64,000 nucleotides of DNA from Minisyncoccota bacterium (GCA_041665625.1 JBAYIK010000003.1:2967-66966), one strand, 5' to 3'. Counted from the stretch's first letter, positions 18,958 to 28,590 are shown. Notes: a model not told the origin generated them from the sequence alone. Program-made: numbers and translations.

Positions 18958-20172
18958 ATGAAAACGCTAAAGGAAATTAAAAATCTCGAAGGCAAAACTG
19001 TTTTGCTTCGTGTTGCTTATGATGTCCCGATAAAACAAAAAGGCAAGAACTGGGTAGTGGCCGATGATCGAAGGATCAGAGAAACTTTACCGACTATCAA
19101 ATTTCTCCTTCAGAATAATTGCAAAATAGTTATACTCTCTTGGCTTGGTCGTCCGTCTGGTCAAGTCGTTGATAAGCTTAAAATGGACTCAGTGGCCCGA
19201 AGTTTGGCCGAAGTAACTCAAAAACCCGTTAGGAAAGTCGATGATTGTATTGGCCCCGAAGTCCAAGACGAGATAAGCTTGCTGAAGCCGGGACAGATTT
19301 TGCTCTTAGAGAATGTTCGCTTCCATCAGGGAGAAGAAAAGAATGATCCCAAATTTGCTAAGGAGTTAATAAGGGGGATTGACCTGATTGTCTTTGACGC
19401 CTTTGCCCAAGCTCACCGTATTCACGCTTCGACGACGGGGATAACAGGGCTTCTGCCAACATATGCTGGCCTGCTCTTGGAGAAGGAGCTTAATTTCTTG
19501 GGCGGCATAATGAAGAAGCCCAAGAAGCCGTTTATTGTGGTCCTTGGTGGGGCCAAAATTTCTGACAAGATTGCGGCGATCGAGAATCTTGCCAAGACGG
19601 CCGATAAAATTCTGATTGGCGGCGGTTGTGCTAATGTTTTTTTGAAAGCCAAAGGAATTCCTGTTGGAGCTTCTTTCTTAGAAGATGTCTTTGTTGATAA
19701 AGCGAAGAGAAAAAAAGTTGATTTTGTTTTGCTAGCTAAGAAAATGTTGGCCAAGTATCCCAAGAAGATTATTTTACCGGTTGATTTTGTTTCTGCTAAC
19801 AAAACTGAGGTGAATGCCAAGGTTGAGGTTGTTGACCTCGCGAAGGGGGAGATACGAAAAGATTGGAAGTTCCTAGATATTGGCCCCAAGACTGTCGAGT
19901 TCTATAATTCGGAAATCAAAAAAGCCAAAACAATACTCTGGAATGGCCCAATGGGGATGTTCGAACTACCCAAGTTCTCTAAGGGGACAAAAGATGTCGC
20001 TGAAGGGATTGCTAAATCTAAGGCCCTGACAATTATTGGTGGTGGCGATACAGAGATTGTGGCTGCTAAATATAAACTTGAGAAAAAATTTACGCACATC
20101 TCAACCGGGGGAGGGGCCATGCTCGACTACCTCGGTACTGGCAAATTAGCCGGGATTAAATCTTTAAAATAA
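18958..20172 (+). CDS. pgk: Phosphoglycerate kinase
   Basis: VLLRVAYDVP, LLENVRFH.GEEKND, ILIGGG and GGGAMLDYL motifs; about 400 aa. Confidence 0.85.
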   Translation: MKTLKEIKNLEGKTVLLRVAYDVPIKQKGKNWVVADDRRIRETLPTIKFLLQNNCKIVILSWLGRPSGQVVDKLKMDSVARSLAEVTQKPVRKVDDCIGPEVQDEISLLKPGQILLLENVRFHQGEEKNDPKFAKELIRGIDLIVFDAFAQAHRIHASTTGITGLLPTYAGLLLEKELNFLGGIMKKPKKPFIVVLGGAKISDKIAAIENLAKTADKILIGGGCANVFLKAKGIPVGASFLEDVFVDKAKRKKVDFVLLAKKMLAKYPKKIILPVDFVSANKTEVNAKVEVVDLAKGEIRKDWKFLDIGPKTVEFYNSEIKKAKTILWNGPMGMFELPKFSKGTKDVAEGIAKSKALTIIGGGDTEIVAAKYKLEKKFTHISTGGGAMLDYLGTGKLAGIKSLK

Positions 20173-20189
20173 AAATCGAGACAAATGAA

Positions 20190-20230
20190 AAACCACCAGC
20201 TGCGTTACCTGTGCAGCGGGTGGTTCATTT
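20190..20230 (+). terminator. Rho-independent terminator
   Basis: CCACCAGCTGC-gttacct-GCAGCGGGTGG followed by TTCATTT. Confidence 0.5.
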
Positions 20231-20344
20231 CAGGCTCTTTTGAAGCCCTCCCTTCGAATTTCGGTTTTCTGCCCACATTGGGCTGTTATAATTAATCAAT
20301 CTCTAACTTAAGTATAGCACAAACAGGATTATTGTCAAGCCTTG

Positions 20345-20761
20345 TTAGATTACAGCCCTTTTGATGGCTTCTTGTGTATTCTCAAAATCGGCTTTGGTCT
20401 CGCCGCCTTTGCCATGCCAGTGGGTGAAGCCATCCCCTTCGAAACGAGGGATAAGGTGGATGTGGGCGTGGAAGACTAGTTGGCCAGAGGCCTTGTCGTT
20501 ATTGATATGAACATTAAGACCATCTGCTTTTGTCCCAACTTTGATGGCACGGGCTATCTTTTGGGTAATGGGGCCAATTTTAGGGAGTATCTCCTCGGGA
20601 GCATCAAAGATATTAACAAAATGAGTTTTAGGAATAATGAGAGTATGGCCCAGATTTACTGGGTTAATGTCTAAAGTGACAATAAAGTTGTCATCTTCAT
20701 AGACTTTATAAGCGGGGATCTCACCGTTAACGATTTTGCAAAAAATGCAGTCTGTTTCCAC
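20345..20761 (-). CDS. HIT-family (histidine triad) nucleotide hydrolase
   Basis: CIFCKIVNGEIP...NLGHTLIIPKTHF...HAHIHLIPR (H.H.H.. motif). Confidence 0.8.
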   Translation of the reverse strand: METDCIFCKIVNGEIPAYKVYEDDNFIVTLDINPVNLGHTLIIPKTHFVNIFDAPEEILPKIGPITQKIARAIKVGTKADGLNVHINNDKASGQLVFHAHIHLIPRFEGDGFTHWHGKGGETKADFENTQEAIKRAVI

Positions 20762-20916
20762 CCCGTTAGAAATTTACTGCTCTTAAAATGTTTGACCTTT
20801 TATTTAAATCTCTCATCGTCATTATTATATCACATAATTTAACCTTAAATTTCTAACGGGGTCCATAGTTTTATATATTAGCTCTTATATAGTATATTGT
20901 ATAACAATAAAGACAA

Positions 20917-22668
20917 ATGATTAAGAAAAAATGGGCCCTCAGGAAGGCCATACCTAAGAAAGTCGAGAAAGAGCTAGCTAATTACCCTGAACTTGTTCGG
21001 AAGCTTCTTTTTTACCGGGGAATTGAAACGCTCAAGGAGGCAGAAATTTACCTTAACCCTGACTATGAGCGTGATTTGCCCGATCCATTCTTGATGCAAG
21101 ATATGAAGAAGGGTGTGGATCGGCTTCTCTTGGCTATTGATAAAGGCGAGCGCGTGGTCATCTTTGGTGATTATGATGCCGACGGTATTCCCGGTTCGGC
21201 TATCCTTTCCTCATTTTTTGATGAAATTAAATTTACCAATTATGAAGTTTATATTCCCGATCGTCACAATGAGGCTTATGGTCTGAATGAAAATAAAATT
21301 GGCGACTTTGTTAAACAAAATGTTAAATTAATTATCACTATCGACTGTGGCATCACTGACGTTGTCGAAGTGAAGCTGGCCCAGTCACAAGGGATAGATG
21401 TCGTAGTCACTGATCATCATTTGGTCCCCCCTATTGCTCCTCCAGCCTTTGCGGTAATTGATGCCAAGCGTAGTGATGACGAATATCCATACAAGCTCTT
21501 GGCTGGGGCTGGGGTGATGTTTAAATTTGTTTGTGCCGTGCTTGCGACTAAGCGTTTTGACATTGTCCCGGGTTGGGAGAAGTGGCTGCTAGATCTCGTT
21601 GCCATTGCTACCGTCTCAGATATGGTGGCCCTTACTGGGGAGAATAGGATGTTAGCCACTTATGGCTTAAAAGTCTTGCGTCAGACCAGACGCCTTGGTC
21701 TTCAAACCTTACTTTCTCAAATAAAACTTCGCCCAGTGAATATTATTGAGGATGATATTAGTTTTATGATTGGCCCACGTATCAACTCGGCTAGTCGTAT
21801 GTCCCATGCTTCTCAGGCCTATTATCTTCTGACAACCAAGGACCAGGCTGAGGCGCGTACTATTACAGATCATCTTGAGGAGAAGAATCAGGAACGCAAG
21901 GATGCAGTCGAGAGAATTGTTAGAGATATTGCGGAGAAGTTGGATAGTCTGGCTAGCCTGCCGGAGATCATTGTGATGGGCTCTCCTGATTGGGGTCTGG
22001 GAGTCCTTGGTATGACCTCCTCGAAGATTGTTGAGAAATACGGATGCTCGGTTTGGCTCTGGAGTAAGAATGAGGCGGGGACGATTAAGGGTTCGTGTCG
22101 TTCAGACGGCTCACTTAATGTTGTCGAGGTAATGGCTGGAGCGGGAGATAAATTCTTTAATGATTTTGGGGGTCACCCGATGGCCGGGGGATTTTCCTTG
22201 TCGGGTGATAAAGAAAAAGATTTGGCTAAGAAACTTCTTGCTTCGGCCAAGAAAGCTAAGAAGAAGGATGTCGTGACTGAACTCCTAGCGGATGAAGAGT
22301 TGTCCCTTGATCAATTGACCTGGGAAACCTATAAATTGATTGAACCTATGGCTCCCTTCGGGATGGATAATCCTAAGCCTGTCTTTTGGCTCCGGGCGGT
22401 AGAAATTGATGAGGCCAAATATTTTGGCAATGGTGGTTTGCATTTAGAATTAATGTTTAAAAAAGCTGATGGCAAGAAGATTCCCGCCATTGGTTTCTTT
22501 GCCTCGCCAACCCCGAATGATCCCAAGCATATTTTTGGCGATATTAAGTTAGAAAAGGGGGAGAAAATAGATCTCCTCGCGACCCTTGAGAAATCAATGT
22601 TTAAAAATTATCCCGAGCTTAGACTTCGGATTGTTGATATCCAGAAATCTAAAAAATCCGCTAGCTAG
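20917..22668 (+). CDS. recJ: Single-stranded-DNA-specific exonuclease RecJ
   Basis: DHH motifs VVIFGDYDADGIPGSAIL and VVVTDHH, a DHHA1-like region, ~580 aa. Confidence 0.8.
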   Translation: MIKKKWALRKAIPKKVEKELANYPELVRKLLFYRGIETLKEAEIYLNPDYERDLPDPFLMQDMKKGVDRLLLAIDKGERVVIFGDYDADGIPGSAILSSFFDEIKFTNYEVYIPDRHNEAYGLNENKIGDFVKQNVKLIITIDCGITDVVEVKLAQSQGIDVVVTDHHLVPPIAPPAFAVIDAKRSDDEYPYKLLAGAGVMFKFVCAVLATKRFDIVPGWEKWLLDLVAIATVSDMVALTGENRMLATYGLKVLRQTRRLGLQTLLSQIKLRPVNIIEDDISFMIGPRINSASRMSHASQAYYLLTTKDQAEARTITDHLEEKNQERKDAVERIVRDIAEKLDSLASLPEIIVMGSPDWGLGVLGMTSSKIVEKYGCSVWLWSKNEAGTIKGSCRSDGSLNVVEVMAGAGDKFFNDFGGHPMAGGFSLSGDKEKDLAKKLLASAKKAKKKDVVTELLADEELSLDQLTWETYKLIEPMAPFGMDNPKPVFWLRAVEIDEAKYFGNGGLHLELMFKKADGKKIPAIGFFASPTPNDPKHIFGDIKLEKGEKIDLLATLEKSMFKNYPELRLRIVDIQKSKKSAS

Positions 22669-22676
22669 CGGATTTT

Positions 22677-23060
22677 TTAGTGTCTAAAGTAATACATCGA
22701 CTTAGAACTTTTTCCCTCGAGAAAGGTGCGGCAGAATTTTTCGGCTTCTTTGTGGTCGAAGAACTTACAGCTGAAGATGTCGATAAAAGCACGATTATCA
22801 TGTTGGTCATCGAAGTGCATGGTGATGCTCGAGGTCTCGATAAATTGCATGGCGGAGTGTCCGGCGAGTTCGCCCTCAGCAAAACGTTCAATTAAGGTCG
22901 GTCCGTGGCGCTTCATATCGATGTGGTCACAGAGTTTAATCATGAATTTCTGGATCTCTTTCTTGGTGGTAATCTTCTTGGGGTTACATTTATAGACATC
23001 GATTGATGAAACCATTCCCCAACATTTTTTCTTATTATATTCTTGCTCGATTTTCTTCAT
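22677..23060 (-). CDS. Pyruvoyl-dependent decarboxylase proenzyme, SpeH/AdoMetDC-like (trimmed start MKKIEQEY)
   Basis: GHSAMQFIETSSITMHFDD...AFIDIFSCKFF resembles class-1 S-adenosylmethionine decarboxylase (processing Ser, DIFSC). The ORF-track start at 23228 would overlap the next gene; the ATG at 23060 fits better. Confidence 0.4.
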   Translation of the reverse strand: MKKIEQEYNKKKCWGMVSSIDVYKCNPKKITTKKEIQKFMIKLCDHIDMKRHGPTLIERFAEGELAGHSAMQFIETSSITMHFDDQHDNRAFIDIFSCKFFDHKEAEKFCRTFLEGKSSKSMYYFRH

Positions 23061-23147
23061 CCTTTTGGTGCTTTTTAGTATAGTCGAACTGGTCAGAATT
23101 ACAATAGAAAATGTTGATAACTTGGGTTCCCTTGCTATAATAAAAAT

Positions 23148-23672
23148 ATGGGAAAAGAAAAGAAATTGCTCATTATTATTGATGTTCAGAACTTTTTTAT
23201 TAATAAATACACTAAGGAAATCCCCCAAAGGATTGCCGACTTTCTGAAGAAGAACGGGTCTAAATACTATTTCATTGCCTTTACGAAGTATTTAAATGAC
23301 AAAAAGTCTCCTTTTTACAAAAAATTGAAGTTCAGAGAATGTCTTGGAGGTGAACAAGTAAAGATTGCTCAAGAGCTAAAAGAATTTGTTTCTAAGGATA
23401 ACCTTTTCACAAAAAGTACTTACTCGGCCTTTCAGAATAAATCTCTGACTTCTTTTATCAAGAAGCATAAAATTAATAAAATTGAGATTTGCGGCTTAAC
23501 CTCAGATGGCTGTGTTTTGGCTACGGCCTTTGAGGGTTTTGACTTAGGTTTTGACATCAAAGTTCTAAAAGATCTAACAGGAACTTGCTGGGGGCCAGAA
23601 GAATTTAATCAATCTTGTCTTAATTTGATTGGATACAAAATTGATCCTTCTCTTTTAAAATTAGATAAATAA
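23148..23672 (+). CDS. Isochorismatase-family cysteine hydrolase (nicotinamidase-like)
   Basis: LLIIIDVQNFF, catalytic-Cys region ICGLTSDGCVLATAFEGFDLGFDI. Confidence 0.55.
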   Translation: MGKEKKLLIIIDVQNFFINKYTKEIPQRIADFLKKNGSKYYFIAFTKYLNDKKSPFYKKLKFRECLGGEQVKIAQELKEFVSKDNLFTKSTYSAFQNKSLTSFIKKHKINKIEICGLTSDGCVLATAFEGFDLGFDIKVLKDLTGTCWGPEEFNQSCLNLIGYKIDPSLLKLDK

Positions 23673-23680
23673 AAAATATT

Positions 23681-24697
23681 ATGGAAACACCTGAGGGACT
23701 AAACTTGAGCAAAGGGGGGCAGCTAGAACCAGAACAGCAATTTCTTTTTAGTTTGGGTGGGTATATTGAAGACGAGGCAGAATTGAGAAATCCTGAACAG
23801 GAGATAGAAAAAATTTCTAACAATATCCGAGAGACGATGGAAAAATTTAACCGTGAAAGGGTAATCATTGCTATTAGTGCTGGCCTTGATTCCACCTTGC
23901 TTCTAGCTCTCGCTATTAAGGGAGTGGGGGAGGAGAGGGTCACTTGTTTGTATCTGCCTAATGAATTTACTGAAGGGGAAACCACAGAGCTTGTTGAAGA
24001 CGTAAGACTAATGGGGGCAGAGATAAAAACAATTGATCTCGATCCTATTCTAAAAATTATGCCGGGCTATGAAGCCTCGGCTGAGTATGCGAGGAACAAA
24101 TTAGCGGATAGCTATAAAAGAGAAAGTGGTGACAAAAGCAAGTCTAACTGGGTTAAATATCTTTCGGGTGATTGGAATAAATATGCCGAATCGATGAGAT
24201 ATTTGTTTGCGACGAGTAGTTTAAGGTCGGCCCTCCTTCAGACCGAAGGCCTGTGTCAGAATGCCTTGGTTTTGACGGCTCCCAACCGGACAGAAAAAGA
24301 AGTTGGCCTATATACTGATGGCGGTCCAGACTGTAATGGTGACATGCAACCGATTGTTCACCTCTCTAAGACTCAGGTTTTTCAATTAGCGAGAAATATT
24401 GAGGGTTTTCCTCGGCGGATTCTCGAGAGGGTGCCTACCGGGGATCTTAAGACTCCTCCCGACGAGGTTGCTCTGGGTGCTCCTTTTCCCCTTGTTGATC
24501 TTATTTTGGCCGCTCACATAAAGTTTGGCCTAGGTCGTCGAGAGATTGTTAGTCAACTGGGAGAACAATTCGAGAAATATGCGAGCCCGTTGGCCGATCT
24601 GGGTTATACCGATCCGGCCTTGGTTGTTGATAATATTATTGATGCCTATGACCTTTCTCGAGACAAGGGCCGGATACCTCTAAAAGTTAAGGATTAG
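23681..24697 (+). CDS. nadE: NH3-dependent NAD+ synthetase-like PP-loop ATPase
   Basis: PP-loop IAISAGLDSTLL. NadE-like segment LYTDGGPDCNGDMQPIVHLSKTQVFQLARNIEGFPRRILERVPTGDL. Confidence 0.55.
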   Translation: METPEGLNLSKGGQLEPEQQFLFSLGGYIEDEAELRNPEQEIEKISNNIRETMEKFNRERVIIAISAGLDSTLLLALAIKGVGEERVTCLYLPNEFTEGETTELVEDVRLMGAEIKTIDLDPILKIMPGYEASAEYARNKLADSYKRESGDKSKSNWVKYLSGDWNKYAESMRYLFATSSLRSALLQTEGLCQNALVLTAPNRTEKEVGLYTDGGPDCNGDMQPIVHLSKTQVFQLARNIEGFPRRILERVPTGDLKTPPDEVALGAPFPLVDLILAAHIKFGLGRREIVSQLGEQFEKYASPLADLGYTDPALVVDNIIDAYDLSRDKGRIPLKVKD

Positions 24698-24732
24698 GTT
24701 ATTAAGCGAAAAACATAATATAATAAAAATAT

Positions 24733-25179
24733 ATGGAGAAAATATTTATGTATACTGATGGGGGATCGCGTGGCAATCCTGGGCCGGCTGGAGCCGGGGT
24801 CTATATTTGCAATGAGAAGAAGGACGCTGTACGCACGGCTAAATTATTTTTGGGCAAGGTGACCAATAATGAGGCTGAGTATCAGGCGGTAATTTTGGGA
24901 TTAGAAACATTGAGAAAGGTTTTTGGTAAGGATAAAATTAAAGTTTTACCAGTTGAGATTCGCATGGATAGCGAGCTTATTTGTCGACAGTTAAAGGGTG
25001 AATATCAGGTGAAGGACGAGAAGTTGGCCCCTCTTTTTATGAAAATTTGGAATGCTCGCGTTGCTGACTTCCACAATCTTTCTTTTGTTCATATCCCTCG
25101 TGAACAGAATGCCGAAGCCGATAAGTTGGCTAATCAGGCGATGGATGAGGGGGCTAAATCTCAGTCAGGTTTATTCTAA
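24733..25179 (+). CDS. rnhA: Ribonuclease H (type 1, RNase HI-like)
   Basis: MYTDGGSRGNPGPAGAGVYI...TNNEAEYQAVILGLE...NAEADKLANQA carries the DEDD catalytic residues of RNase H. Confidence 0.7.
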   Translation: MEKIFMYTDGGSRGNPGPAGAGVYICNEKKDAVRTAKLFLGKVTNNEAEYQAVILGLETLRKVFGKDKIKVLPVEIRMDSELICRQLKGEYQVKDEKLAPLFMKIWNARVADFHNLSFVHIPREQNAEADKLANQAMDEGAKSQSGLF

Positions 25180-25194
25180 AAAAGAAAAATAGGC

Positions 25195-26706
25195 ATGGCT
25201 AATTTGCGAAAAATTTTAGCCCTGCTCGTTTTTGGATTTATCGGAGGAATTACCTTTTCGAGCTTTATCAATTGGGCCTTACCTTGGGTGGGGCTTTTTT
25301 TGCTTCTTGCTCTGACTTTTTTGATTTTATTTTTTCTTTTTGCGAGGCAAAAGTTTTTCTTAGCTCTTGCCATAATTTTTGTCGGGGTTATTTTGGGCCT
25401 GATCAGATTTAATTTTGATCAAAAAATTGAGACAGCTTTGCCTGATTGTTCATCTTCCGCTAGGCCCTGCCTCGCGGTAATTGTTGCTGATCCAGATCGA
25501 CGAGATGCTTCAACCAGACTAGTGATCGAGCTTTTGAGAAATGCGACCTCAAGTGAGCCCGAGGTCGTTTTTCGCAAAAGCTCGAGAGTTCTCGCTATTG
25601 TTGATAATTTTACGAATTATTCATATGGCGACAAAGTTGAGCTTGTTGGCAAGATCGAGCGCCCACAAAATTTCCTAACAGACCAGAATACTGTCTTCGA
25701 TTATCAAAATTATTTATTAGTGCGCGGAATAGAACAGACGGTTTATCAACCTAAGTTAAAAATTATTTCACGGAGCAACGGCTCAGCTGTTAAAACGAGT
25801 CTCTATTCTCTGAAAAATAATTTCTTAGCAAATTTGCGACGCGCTTTGCCCGAGCCCTCGGCCTCCCTTGCGGGCGGGCTAATCTTGGGGGATAAGGGTG
25901 GCTTGGGTAAGAAGACAGAGGATGAATTCAGAAAAGCGGGGGTCTCGCATATCATTGTTCTGTCTGGTTATAACATTACGATTGTTGCCGAGAGCGTGCT
26001 CTATTTTTTTGCCTGGCTCACGCCGGCTTTCTCTTGGCTGCTCTCAATTGGTTCAATTTTTCTTTTTGTCCTGATGACCGGCGGCGAAGCGGCAGCTGTT
26101 CGTTCGGCGGTAATGGGCGCCATCGCGCTTATCGCTCGGCGTTATGGTCGCACTTATGATGCGGGCGTAGCTTTAATTGTTGCTGGATTTCTCATGGTTC
26201 TTTGGAATCCTAGACTCCTTGCCTTCGACCTTGGCTTCCAACTCTCCTTCCTGGCGACCCTTGGTTTGATTTATTTGTCACCGGTGGTGGAGTTTTTTAT
26301 AAATAAAATCACCGGGCTTGTGAGAAGTCGCATTTCGGGCTCACTTGAAAAACGACTTCTCACAAGCCCGGCTCCCGAGCCTGTGAGAAATGCGACTTCA
26401 AGTGAGCCCGAAGTCGTTTTTCGCACAGGCTTCTGGTCTGGTTTGAAAGAGTTAATTTGCACCACCACTGGCGCACAACTCGCCGTCTACCCTTGGCTCC
26501 TCTACAAGATGGGCAACGCTTCACTCATTGGCTTCATCGCCAATATTTTCATTCTCCCTCCTATCCCTATCGCCATGTTCTTAAGTTTCTTAACTGGTAT
26601 CACGGGTTTCCTCTCAAATTTTCTTTCTCTTCTTATTAGTTACCCAACTTATTTCTTCCTCGCTTATATCCTCAAGATGGCTCATATTTTTGCGAGTTTG
26701 TTATAA
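25195..26706 (+). CDS. comEC: ComEC/Rec2-family DNA-uptake channel, membrane 'competence' domain (N-terminal fragment of a split comEC)
   Basis: LAGGLILGDKGGLGKKTEDEFRKAGVSHIIVLSGYNITIV matches the ComEC competence-domain signature. Multiple TM helices. The MBL domain is encoded separately downstream in another frame. Confidence 0.65.
   Translation: MANLRKILALLVFGFIGGITFSSFINWALPWVGLFLLLALTFLILFFLFARQKFFLALAIIFVGVILGLIRFNFDQKIETALPDCSSSARPCLAVIVADPDRRDASTRLVIELLRNATSSEPEVVFRKSSRVLAIVDNFTNYSYGDKVELVGKIERPQNFLTDQNTVFDYQNYLLVRGIEQTVYQPKLKIISRSNGSAVKTSLYSLKNNFLANLRRALPEPSASLAGGLILGDKGGLGKKTEDEFRKAGVSHIIVLSGYNITIVAESVLYFFAWLTPAFSWLLSIGSIFLFVLMTGGEAAAVRSAVMGAIALIARRYGRTYDAGVALIVAGFLMVLWNPRLLAFDLGFQLSFLATLGLIYLSPVVEFFINKITGLVRSRISGSLEKRLLTSPAPEPVRNATSSEPEVVFRTGFWSGLKELICTTTGAQLAVYPWLLYKMGNASLIGFIANIFILPPIPIAMFLSFLTGITGFLSNFLSLLISYPTYFFLAYILKMAHIFASLL
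25531..25580. repeat. ~50-nt palindromic repeat element, copy 1, inside the comEC coding sequence
   Basis: cttttgagaaatgcgacctc|aagtgagccc|gaggtcgtttttcgcaaaag has imperfect 20-nt inverted arms around a 10-nt core. It is read in frame as ELLRNATSSEPEVVFRKS. Confidence 0.6.
26314..26369. repeat. Palindromic repeat element, copy 2 (inverted orientation, perfect 17-bp inverted repeat)
   Basis: gggcttgtgagaagtcg...gggctcactt...cgacttctcacaagccc. The core gggctcactt is the reverse complement of the aagtgagccc core of copies 1 and 3. Confidence 0.6.
26380..26430. repeat. Palindromic repeat element, copy 3 (adjacent to copy 2, opposite orientation)
   Basis: cctgtgagaaatgcgacttc|aagtgagccc|gaagtcgtttttcgcacagg is read in frame as PEPVRNATSSEPEVVFRTG, almost identical to the copy-1 peptide. 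Confidence 0.6.
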
Positions 26707-26714
26707 TCAGAATA

Positions 26715-27329
26715 ATGAAATACCGTTGGGGTTTAATTTTTTTACTTTTTATTTTTACCATCACCACTTGGCTGGCAGTTTGGTGGGAGACACCCTCCAA
26801 ATACTTAACAGTAGATTTTCTCGATGTTGGCCAGGGGGATGCCATCTTAATCACGGCACCTAATGGCAATCAAGTTTTAATAGACGGTGGTCCGGACCGG
26901 AGCGTTATAAGGGCGCTCGGACAAGCCATGCCCTTCTTCGACCGTTCTATCGACCTTGTCTTAGAATCGCACCCCGACCAAGACCATATTGGTGGTTTGC
27001 CTGAAGTCTTTGATCGATATAATGTGGCTGGTTTTATCGAACCCCTCTTCACGGCCGAGACCTCTGTTTATAAAACTCTCGAGCAAGATGTGACCCAAGA
27101 AAAATCTTCTCATCTTATCGCCAAGAATGGGACAAAAATTACTTTAAGCCCTGGTGTCTATCTCAATATTATCGAAGCCCACCCCGCGACTTGGGGCCCG
27201 CGGGGAGGGAAGCCGGATTCTAATTATAGTTCAATAATTGCTAAGCTAACCTATGCCTCAACCTCCTTCCTCTTCATGGGGGATGCGTCTCTTAAGTTAG
27301 AAAACCAATTACTCTCGCAAAATCCTTAA
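26715..27329 (+). CDS. comEC: ComEC metallo-beta-lactamase domain, N-terminal part, terminated by an in-frame TAA
   Basis: TM helix, then LTVDFLDVGQGDAILITAPNGNQVLIDGGP...ESHPDQDHIGGL (MBL H.H.DH motif). The ORF ends ...LFMGDASLKLENQLLSQNP* in the middle of the domain. Confidence 0.65.
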   Translation: MKYRWGLIFLLFIFTITTWLAVWWETPSKYLTVDFLDVGQGDAILITAPNGNQVLIDGGPDRSVIRALGQAMPFFDRSIDLVLESHPDQDHIGGLPEVFDRYNVAGFIEPLFTAETSVYKTLEQDVTQEKSSHLIAKNGTKITLSPGVYLNIIEAHPATWGPRGGKPDSNYSSIIAKLTYASTSFLFMGDASLKLENQLLSQNP

Positions 27330-27569
27330 GCTCTTAAAGCTGATGTTCTCAAAGTTGCGCACCATGGCGCTAAGAGTTCTAATTCCCTCGCTTTCTTTAG
27401 GGCTGTCAAACCAGAGTTGGCCATAATCTCGGTGGCTGAGAAAAATCGTTATAACCACCCAAGCCCAGAGACTATCGGCTGGCTCAAGATGGCTGGTATT
27501 CAAACTCTCCAAACCAAGGACCTTGGAACCATCAAACTAAAATCCGACGGTATTAGCGTCGGATTTTAG
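27330..27569 (+). pseudogene. comEC: In-frame continuation of the ComEC MBL domain after the TAA stop (ADVLKVAHHG... segment)
   Basis: The same frame translates ALKADVLKVAHHGAKSSNSLAFFRAVKPELAIISVAEKNRYNHPSPETIGWLKMAGIQT...GISVGF*. This is the conserved C-terminal half of the ComEC MBL domain, so the TAA at 27327-27329 interrupts one coding region. Confidence 0.55.
27539..27567. terminator. Bidirectional Rho-independent terminator between comEC (+) and rpmB (-)
   Basis: AAAATCCGACG-gtattag-CGTCGGATTTT is a perfect 11-bp stem with A/T runs on both sides. Confidence 0.6.
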
Positions 27570-27585
27570 CGGTGTACTTTGAGAT

Positions 27586-27804
27586 TTATTTGGCCTTAGC
27601 TTTAGTAGAAGTAACAGTGAGATTTTTGCCCGCCTTTAAACATCGGGTGCAAATCTTGATGCGGGAACCGTCGGCTGTCTTGCCCCATTGCAAATTAGGC
27701 TGCTTGCGCTGCTTAGGAATTGGGTTATATTTGGTCGCACGCACGCGGTTGGAGTAACCACCAACCATGAGGGAACCTTTGTCGCAGATCAAACAAGTTT
27801 TCAT
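27586..27804 (-). CDS. rpmB: 50S ribosomal protein L28
   Basis: C.IC.K.......N.V.ATK...P...QPNLQ......G.RIK.CTRCLK fits the bL28 family pattern; 72 aa. Confidence 0.65.
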   Translation of the reverse strand: MKTCLICDKGSLMVGGYSNRVRATKYNPIPKQRKQPNLQWGKTADGSRIKICTRCLKAGKNLTVTSTKAKAK

Positions 27805-27890
27805 ATAAGTGGTTACATGCTATCATTATATGGTTAATTTGGCAAGCTGGCTTTATATATACAAAATACTAAATAAAATATACTAATCTT

Positions 27891-28511
27891 ATGGAGGCAA
27901 TTACTATTGGTTTTATCTTTTCCCTAATAATTTTGATCATCTCGGTCATTGTCCATGAGGTTTCTCATGGCTGGGCGGCCTATATTTTAGGCGATCCCAC
28001 TGCCAAGCTGGCTGGGCGCTTAACCCTGAACCCAATTCCTCACATTGATCCCATTGGCTCTATCCTTGTGCCCCTTGTCTTGTCTCTTATCCCTGGGGGG
28101 ATTGTCTTTGGCTGGGCTAAACCGGTGCCCTATAATCCCTATAACCTCAAAGCAGGTAAGTATGGTCCAGCTTATGTTGCGGCCGCGGGGCCTCTCTCGA
28201 ATATCCTCTTGGCTTTGATCTTTGGTCTTCTTATTCGTTCGGGCTTGGCCGTGTCCTTACTTGGCGCTTCGGTAACCCCTATCCTCTCGGTGATTGTTGT
28301 CATTAATATAATGCTTGCTCTCTTTAATCTTATTCCCGTCCCTCCTCTTGATGGCTCAACTATCCTCTTCTCTTTTCTCCCGTATCGCTCCCGGGTCGCC
28401 GAATTCTTTGCTCGTTATCAAATTATCGTCATTTTGGCCGTTATCCTCGCCGCCGGCGCCATCATCGACAAACTTGTCGGTTCTATCTATTACCTAATCA
28501 CGGGGCTCTAG
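27891..28511 (+). CDS. Site-2-protease-like M50 family membrane zinc metalloprotease (small form)
   Basis: HEVSHGWAAYILGDP (HExxH) within a TM helix, a second motif LFNLIPVPPLDGS (LDG), multi-pass membrane topology. Confidence 0.7.
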   Translation: MEAITIGFIFSLIILIISVIVHEVSHGWAAYILGDPTAKLAGRLTLNPIPHIDPIGSILVPLVLSLIPGGIVFGWAKPVPYNPYNLKAGKYGPAYVAAAGPLSNILLALIFGLLIRSGLAVSLLGASVTPILSVIVVINIMLALFNLIPVPPLDGSTILFSFLPYRSRVAEFFARYQIIVILAVILAAGAIIDKLVGSIYYLITGL

Positions 28512-28590
28512 GCCTGTTTTTGCTTGCATTTTATCCCGTCTTATATTAAAGTAGTGCTTACCTGGCCGAGAGGTCATTTTTATTGTATTT

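Noticed and set aside
20173-20344. Possible tRNA genes in larger intergenic gaps (20173-20344, 32536-32642, 33066-33233, 55103-55372)
   Set aside because: No GTTCGAATC-type T-loops or cloverleaf-compatible stems were found by eye. This cannot be excluded without tRNAscan-SE.
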